DNA from: Candidatus Uhrbacteria bacterium
GTDB taxonomy: Bacteria; Patescibacteriota; Patescibacteriia; UBA9934; UBA10169
Direction: 5' to 3'
Length of the DNA: 64,000 nucleotides
Assembly (NCBI GenBank): GCA_016187485.1
Contig: JACPJO010000004.1
Coordinates: 121,349-185,348 of the forward strand
The notes beneath the pieces were generated by a model, which was given only the letters and a program-made list of their open reading frames with translations, had not been told where the DNA came from and did no database searches. The position numbers were made by a program, and so were the translations under genes. Of this stretch, positions 57,475 to 64,000 are shown in pieces. Positions within the stretch are counted from its first letter, which is position 1, and the number at the start of each line of letters is the position of its first letter.

Positions 57475-59781
57475 ATGTACCTCTCGCGCATCGAGCTTCA
57501 AGGCTTCAAGACCTTCGCCGCAAAAACCACTCTCGCCTTCTTACCAAAAAAGGCTATGGGGCACTCCCCCATCACGGCCATTGTGGGTCCGAATGGTTCG
57601 GGAAAATCCAACTTGGCCGACGCCATTCGTTGGGCTATGGGCGAACAGTCTTTGAAGCTCCTGCGCGGCAAGGAATCTACCGACATTATTTTCTCTGGTT
57701 CGGCGCAAAAAGGCCGCGGGGGTTTTGCCGAAGTCTCTCTCACTTTTGACAACAGCGATGGCGCTTTCCCGCTTGAGACCCCTGAAGTCTCTGTCACACG
57801 CCGCCTCTATCGCGACGGCGAGTCGGCTTATCTCCTCAACAACACTCCCGCGCGCCTTGCGGACATCCAGCTTCTTCTCGCCGAAAGCGGCGTGGGCCAG
57901 CGTTCGTATTCCGTGATCGGCCAGGGCATGGTGGATGCCATCCTCATTGCAAGCCCCGAGGAACGGAAGCAGTTTTTTGACGACGCCACTGGCGTGCGGC
58001 CGCTGCAGATGAAGCGCCATCAAGCTATGTTGAAACTTCGTCACACCTACGAAAACTTAGCCGAGACGGAAATGATCATGGCTGAAATTGAACCGCGCTT
58101 GCGTCTTCTACGACGCCAGCGTCGTCGTCTAGACGAACGCGCAGAAGTCGAGCAGGAACTTATCCGCGTGCGCGAAAACTATCTGGGCGGACTATGGCGC
58201 GAGCTCACGGCAGAGTGGGAAGTGGCGAAAAAAGATTTAGATGCAGCAGAAAAGTTTGCGGCGAGACTTCGCCAAGACGTCGCAACGCTCGAAACCAGTC
58301 TCTCGTCGCTTGAGAAGCCGGGCAAAGCGCCCGACGGACTCGCCGAACTTCAGAGGGCATACAAAGATGCACAAACACTCGTCCAAAAAGCGCGCGAGGA
58401 ACGCTATCGTTTGGAAAAAGAGATTGAGTTGGCGCGCGTGCGCGCGCAGGCGTCGTGGGCGCCTTTGCCATTGGCGGATATTTTGGGGGAGCTGGAAGAA
58501 ATCAGCAAAAAGTTCGAAAAAGATCTAAAAAGTTTGAAAGGTTTGAAAAGTCTGGAGGAGTTGAAACTGCTTCTGCCGGACATCGAGAAGCTCCACGGAC
58601 AGAGTGAGAAACTACGCAAGCGACTCACACGACCGGCGCCGGAAGATGTCGAGGTAGATAAAGAACTTGCAGGGAAGCTTACTCAAACCAAAAAGAGCAT
58701 CGAAGAGGCTGAGCACGAGCGGAAACGCACGGAGGCGGCGCTTGATGCCTACGCCTCACGTGCGGCAGACGAACGCCAAGCCCTCTTTGCTGGGGAGCGG
58801 CAACTCCGAGAAACACAACATGCGCTGCACGAAGCAGAGGCAAAAGAGCACGAACGGGAAATTCATGTGGCGCGGCTGGAAGAACGGCGCGTGGGGGCAA
58901 GACAAGAAGCCGAGGGGGAACTTCACGACGCGGCCGAAGCATTCCTGGGCCGTCGAGATCTTCCGCACAACACTTCAGCGGAGCGGGAAAAATTGCGCGC
59001 AGAGCTTGAACGGCTTAAGTACAAACTCGAACTCATCGGCGGCATTGACCCAGAGACAGTAGCGGAGTTCGAGCAGACCGAGGCGCGCTTCAATCATCTG
59101 GAAGAACAAATCAAAGACCTCCGCGCCGCCATGCGCGACACCGAGCACGTCGTAGATGAACTCGACGAAAAAATCCACAAACAGTCCGAGGCCGCTTTCC
59201 GCGACATCAACGCACACTTCCAAACCTATTTTAAGGTGCTCTTCGGTGGCGGAACATGCTCGCTTGTAAAGATGACGCGTGAAGAAATCGCCCCCACAGG
59301 GTCAGAACACCCAGAGGCGGAGGCGCACGAGGGTGACGTAGATGCGTCGCTTGCAAAGATGGATTCGCCTGCTCTCAAGGAACTGCAGGCTCGTGTAAAA
59401 GAACGTGCGGATCGGACGGTCGGCATCGATATTCACGCCACGCCTCCCGGCAAAAAACTCAAAGCCTTGGCTCTCCTCTCCGGCGGGGAGCGCGCACTCA
59501 CCTCCATTGCCTTGCTGGCAGCCATCATGGCAACGAACCCCGCTCCGTTCGTCGTGCTCGATGAAGTAGACGCGGCGTTGGACGAAGCCAACACACTCCG
59601 CTTTGCCGCCATCCTAGAGGAGCTGGCAAAAAAGACACAATATATTGTCGTCACCCACAACCGCGCCACAATGGAGAAAGCCGACGTCCTCTACGGCGTC
59701 ACCATGAACGAAGACGGCGTAAGCCAGCTCTTGTCGGTTGATCTGTCTGATATTGCCCCCACCTCCGCTACCCGGCGGTAG
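57475..59781 (+). CDS. smc: SMC-family ATPase, short form (768 aa)
   Basis: GFKTF, VGPNGSGKSN, Q-loop IGQG, LSGGE, LDEVDAALD, VTH. Confidence 0.9.
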   Translation: MYLSRIELQGFKTFAAKTTLAFLPKKAMGHSPITAIVGPNGSGKSNLADAIRWAMGEQSLKLLRGKESTDIIFSGSAQKGRGGFAEVSLTFDNSDGAFPLETPEVSVTRRLYRDGESAYLLNNTPARLADIQLLLAESGVGQRSYSVIGQGMVDAILIASPEERKQFFDDATGVRPLQMKRHQAMLKLRHTYENLAETEMIMAEIEPRLRLLRRQRRRLDERAEVEQELIRVRENYLGGLWRELTAEWEVAKKDLDAAEKFAARLRQDVATLETSLSSLEKPGKAPDGLAELQRAYKDAQTLVQKAREERYRLEKEIELARVRAQASWAPLPLADILGELEEISKKFEKDLKSLKGLKSLEELKLLLPDIEKLHGQSEKLRKRLTRPAPEDVEVDKELAGKLTQTKKSIEEAEHERKRTEAALDAYASRAADERQALFAGERQLRETQHALHEAEAKEHEREIHVARLEERRVGARQEAEGELHDAAEAFLGRRDLPHNTSAEREKLRAELERLKYKLELIGGIDPETVAEFEQTEARFNHLEEQIKDLRAAMRDTEHVVDELDEKIHKQSEAAFRDINAHFQTYFKVLFGGGTCSLVKMTREEIAPTGSEHPEAEAHEGDVDASLAKMDSPALKELQARVKERADRTVGIDIHATPPGKKLKALALLSGGERALTSIALLAAIMATNPAPFVVLDEVDAALDEANTLRFAAILEELAKKTQYIVVTHNRATMEKADVLYGVTMNEDGVSQLLSVDLSDIAPTSATRR

Positions 59782-59832
59782 GCAAAACGACTATTGACAC
59801 CTCCGCTCGCGTACGTTACCCTCTTGCCACCT

Positions 59833-60153
59833 ATGTTAACGCTTCGACTTTCACGCATCGGGAAACGCAAACAACCCTACTTTCGTTTGATTGCTGTTGA
59901 AAAAGGCAAAGATCCGTGGGGCACGAATGTGGAGATTCTCGGCACCTACGATCCGCGCTCTAAAGCACAAACATTCAACACCGAGCGCGTCTCCTACTGG
60001 TTGGGAAAGGGGGCACAGCCGTCCGACCGCGTCCACAATATGCTCGTGGACCTCAAGCTCCTGGAGAGCAAAAAACGCACGGCCTCGCGCATCTCCCATA
60101 AACGCCAGGGAAAACTGGCCGCGGCCGCGCCGAAAGCAGAGACCTCCGCCTAA
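59833..60153 (+). CDS. rpsP: 30S ribosomal protein S16
   Basis: MLTLRLSRIGKRKQPYFR, EILGTYDP, YWLGKGAQPSDRV. Confidence 0.96.
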   Translation: MLTLRLSRIGKRKQPYFRLIAVEKGKDPWGTNVEILGTYDPRSKAQTFNTERVSYWLGKGAQPSDRVHNMLVDLKLLESKKRTASRISHKRQGKLAAAAPKAETSA

Positions 60154-60233
60154 TCAACGCTCCTGCGGCTTGCCCGCCCAGGAGCGTTTTGCTATGATCG
60201 GCGCACATAACTCATCTATTTTCAGATCTTCAT

Positions 60234-60572
60234 ATGGAGCAAGATCAGCAGTTTGTTGAATACGTGATCAAGGCGATCGTCAATAACCCCGATGACGTCC
60301 GGACCGAGCGCACCGTGGATGAGCGCGGCGTCCTCATTACCTTGCACGTGAACCAAACCGACATGGGCTACGTGATCGGCCGCGAAGGGCAGACCGCCCG
60401 CTCGGTACGCACACTTCTCAAAATTGTGGGGGCCAAGCACAACGCGCGCGTGAACCTCAAGATCTACGAGCCAGAAGGATCGCGGCCGCCGCGACGTGAG
60501 CACCGTGAGGATGTTGCGCCAGTGGCTCCTGCCGCTGCCGACACATCTGACCTCGATGACTTGGGTATCTAA
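60234..60572 (+). CDS. khpA: KH-domain RNA-binding protein
   Basis: IVNNPDDV, DMGYVIGREGQTARSVRTLL; follows rpsP. Confidence 0.92.
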   Translation: MEQDQQFVEYVIKAIVNNPDDVRTERTVDERGVLITLHVNQTDMGYVIGREGQTARSVRTLLKIVGAKHNARVNLKIYEPEGSRPPRREHREDVAPVAPAAADTSDLDDLGI

Positions 60573-60644
60573 GTCGCCGCAAAAGAAAACCACTTCCTTC
60601 GGGAGGTGGTTTTTGATGCGCAAAGTTGCTATTATGGAGTCGCT

Positions 60645-60809
60645 ATGAACGATGTCCGCAAACAATTACAAGAGGCACGCCAAACTTTCCGCGATTCCAT
60701 GAAGGCCGTACGCGAGAAAGAATCCGGAGCGTTTCGAGAAGCTATCGAAGAAATGGATAAAGCAGAGATCCCTCTCAAGAGAAAAGAACTCCTCGCTCTG
60801 TATGGATGA
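60645..60809 (+). CDS. Small hypothetical protein
   Basis: ATG 9 nt after TGCTATTAT; overlaps the start of the next ORF. Confidence 0.5.
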   Translation: MNDVRKQLQEARQTFRDSMKAVREKESGAFREAIEEMDKAEIPLKRKELLALYG

Positions 60810-62169
60810 CACACGATCTCTTGAACGTGGGCGAGAGCTCAATGAGGTAACCCGCGAGAATGAAGAGCCCTCTGCTTTGGAGCACACGGTGGCGGAAATG
60901 GTGGAAGCCATGCAAGCGGAGCGGGAAAGCGCACGGCGAGATTTTGAAGCACGCAAGTTCACGCATGTGGGGGTGATGCAGACGCTTGCACGCAGACGGC
61001 AGGCCCCAGAAGCAGCATCCATCATCGAGACCTACCAACGAAAGGTGGCCGAGATTTCTGAGGACGCCAAGCAGCAGGACAAGCGTCTCGAAGAAGTCCT
61101 CAAGCAGGGAGAAAAGAAGGAGGGCGAAACGAAAAAGGTTGAAGGGCCCAAGACACTTCGTGAAACGCTCGAGGCTCGTTTGAAACATATTGAGACAGAA
61201 ATTGATGCTGTGCCTCGATTCTCTCCCGAGCAGGAAGCGCTCTTTGCCAAGCATAAGGCGATCCGCTACGAGTTGGAGCAGCTCGACCGCACAGAAGATC
61301 CGACGGAACGTGCGGCGCTCGAACAGGAGTTGGGAAAACGCGAAGCCATGCGTACAGAGGAGGATGCGCGGCTGCCAAAAGAGGAGCCTCCGATCGTACC
61401 CATCGAGACCCACACATCTGCCCCGGCACCCGTATCAAAAGAAAACATCGTCCCAGCTACTCCTGAACCAGAAGAGATAGACGAGGCAAAGCGCGCGCGG
61501 TATGACGCGGCGGAAAAAGCTCGTGAGCTCGACGCAGAGCGGTTGGAGTACGAACGCACGTGGGGCATGGCAAACGAACTCACTGCACGTCTGAAATCCT
61601 CTGACGCAAGCGAGCGTTGGGTTGCAGAAACTCTCCTTAAAGATCTCGCCCCAAAACTTGATCTCGCTTCAAAACTTTCGAAAATGGAGAGCGACCTCCT
61701 GAATCATGGGGTAGTCCATCGTACCGAACTCTCCGCACGGCCGCCGGGAGAACGCTTCCGGAAAGAATTCGACATCCTCGTCGCCACACACAAAAAGTAT
61801 GGAAAGGACTTTGAGGAAGCAATGCTCCGAGATATTGCTCACACACTCATGGGTTCGGAAGCCGCTGGCACAACGCCGCCCCAGGAATCAGCCCCCGCAA
61901 AAGAAACCGAGAATGTCCCTCCCACAAAGGAGGCGATCCCAGACCTCCCTATTGATCAACTTTACCGGTGGCTGGTGTCGTCACAGAGCATGCCCGGAGA
62001 GGAGGGGGAGAATCTTTTCGAGATCCTGCGCCAAGAGATGGCCAAGCGCCTCTCCACCGAAGAGGGGATGCAACGAGAAATGAAACATGCAGAAAAAAAC
62101 GGCAACCAAGATATTCTGCGCGTTCTTGAAGACCATCGCGCAAAACACTATCCCACCCTTGTCGTATGA
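60802..62169 (+). CDS. Hypothetical Glu-rich coiled-coil protein
   Basis: 455-aa ORF coupled to trmD by an ATGA overlap. Confidence 0.75.
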   Translation: MDDTRSLERGRELNEVTRENEEPSALEHTVAEMVEAMQAERESARRDFEARKFTHVGVMQTLARRRQAPEAASIIETYQRKVAEISEDAKQQDKRLEEVLKQGEKKEGETKKVEGPKTLRETLEARLKHIETEIDAVPRFSPEQEALFAKHKAIRYELEQLDRTEDPTERAALEQELGKREAMRTEEDARLPKEEPPIVPIETHTSAPAPVSKENIVPATPEPEEIDEAKRARYDAAEKARELDAERLEYERTWGMANELTARLKSSDASERWVAETLLKDLAPKLDLASKLSKMESDLLNHGVVHRTELSARPPGERFRKEFDILVATHKKYGKDFEEAMLRDIAHTLMGSEAAGTTPPQESAPAKETENVPPTKEAIPDLPIDQLYRWLVSSQSMPGEEGENLFEILRQEMAKRLSTEEGMQREMKHAEKNGNQDILRVLEDHRAKHYPTLVV

Positions 62170-62849
62170 AATCTTTTGACATCCTGACAATCTTTCCCGA
62201 AGTTTGTACGCCCTATCTCGAGACTTCCATTCTGGGGCGAGCGCAGGAAAAAAAACTTGTACGTATTGCGGCCCATAATTTGCGGGATTGGAGTCCGGAC
62301 AAAAAACATAAAAAGGTGGACGACAAGCCATTTGGCGGTGGACCGGGCATGGTTATGGGTATTCAAGCATTCGATCAAGCATTGAAGAAGTTGAAGAGAA
62401 AAAATGCGCGGGTGATTCTTACAAGTGCTTCAGGGAAACGGTTCACGCAAGCCGACGCAAAGCGCCTGGCAAAATACGACCAGCTCATTTTCCTGTGCGG
62501 ACGCTACGAGGGAGTAGATCACCGCGTGGAAAAACACTTGGCAGATGAGGCGCTCTCCATCGGCGATTATGTCCTCACCGGCGGCGAACTCCCTGCCCTC
62601 GCCATGATCGATGCCATCACCCGCCTTATTCCTGGCGTGCTAGGAAAAGAGGCCTCCCTCACCATGGAGTCCCACGATACTCCGGGCGTCCTCGAGTATC
62701 CCCAGTACACCCGGCCGGAGGTCTATCCTTTCAAAAAAGACCGGAAAATAAAGAAATTACGTGTGCCGACCGTCCTTCTGTCCGGCCACCACGAGAAAAT
62801 TACCCACTGGCGCCAGAAGCAGACGAAAGGCCATACTCGCAACGTCTAA
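62166..62849 (+). CDS. trmD: tRNA (guanine-N1)-methyltransferase
   Basis: VDDKPFGGGPGM, CGRYEGVDHR, SIGDYVLTGGE, LEYPQYTRP, VLLSGHH. Confidence 0.97.
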   Translation: MKSFDILTIFPEVCTPYLETSILGRAQEKKLVRIAAHNLRDWSPDKKHKKVDDKPFGGGPGMVMGIQAFDQALKKLKRKNARVILTSASGKRFTQADAKRLAKYDQLIFLCGRYEGVDHRVEKHLADEALSIGDYVLTGGELPALAMIDAITRLIPGVLGKEASLTMESHDTPGVLEYPQYTRPEVYPFKKDRKIKKLRVPTVLLSGHHEKITHWRQKQTKGHTRNV

Positions 62850-62880
62850 TGGAGGGTGGAAAGAATCTGGAAATCCCCTG

Positions 62881-62909
62881 TTGACAGGCATATTCGCCTC
62901 CGGTACACT
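62881..62909 (+). promoter_or_regulatory. rRNA operon promoter
   Basis: TTGACA-17-TACACT; boxA-like GAACTTTCACAA shortly downstream. Confidence 0.75.
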
Positions 62910-63083
62910 ACGCCCGCTACGTAAGAACTTTCACAATTTATAGCATTACGAAACCAATTAGATTTTGTGTGATCATAACGTCCTCGCGTGGCCTTCGGGC
63001 CGCCCGAGATTATCACCAAGATAATAATTCCTTTATAGAGTATAGAGCGAAAGCTCAAACAGCAGATCCCTCGCAAGAGGGGT

Positions 63084-64000
<917 letters not shown>

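Overview
This is a core chromosomal segment of a Candidate Phyla Radiation (Patescibacteria, Parcubacteria/ABY1-like) bacterium. The taxon is inferred from 16S primer-site variants, CPR-type gene families and a reduced housekeeping gene set. Genetic code 11 applies, since leuS ends in TGA. Most of the window is housekeeping: ugd, leuS, gdhA, trxB/trxA, infB, truB, rny-ymdB-hup, lysS, proS, rnc, nusB, rpmF, gyrA, rpsA, ftsH, a PilB-like ATPase, tsaE/tsaD, clpP, a short SMC, rpsP-khpA-trmD and the 5' part of a 16S rRNA gene, plus tRNA-Arg(UCG), tRNA-Lys(CUU) and tRNA-Glu(UUC). Accessory and unexplained structure: (1) a promoter-driven ~280-nt structured RNA candidate with a loop-loop pseudoknot downstream of clpP; (2) a stand-alone protein built only of eight tandem C4 zinc-finger repeats; (3) a PaaX/Cas2-like gene bracketed by two copies of one palindrome, with related TAGTGATC palindromes at distant loci; (4) tRNA-Glu enclosed by perfect 26-bp inverted repeats; (5) a GC-rich, internally deleted defence-type island at tRNA-Lys (Xer-like recombinase plus HExxH, HEPN, STAND-like and serine recombinase fragments); (6) two translation-start styles, near-leaderless core genes versus Shine-Dalgarno-led orphan genes. 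All calls come from reading the sequence by eye; no searches or folding programs were run.
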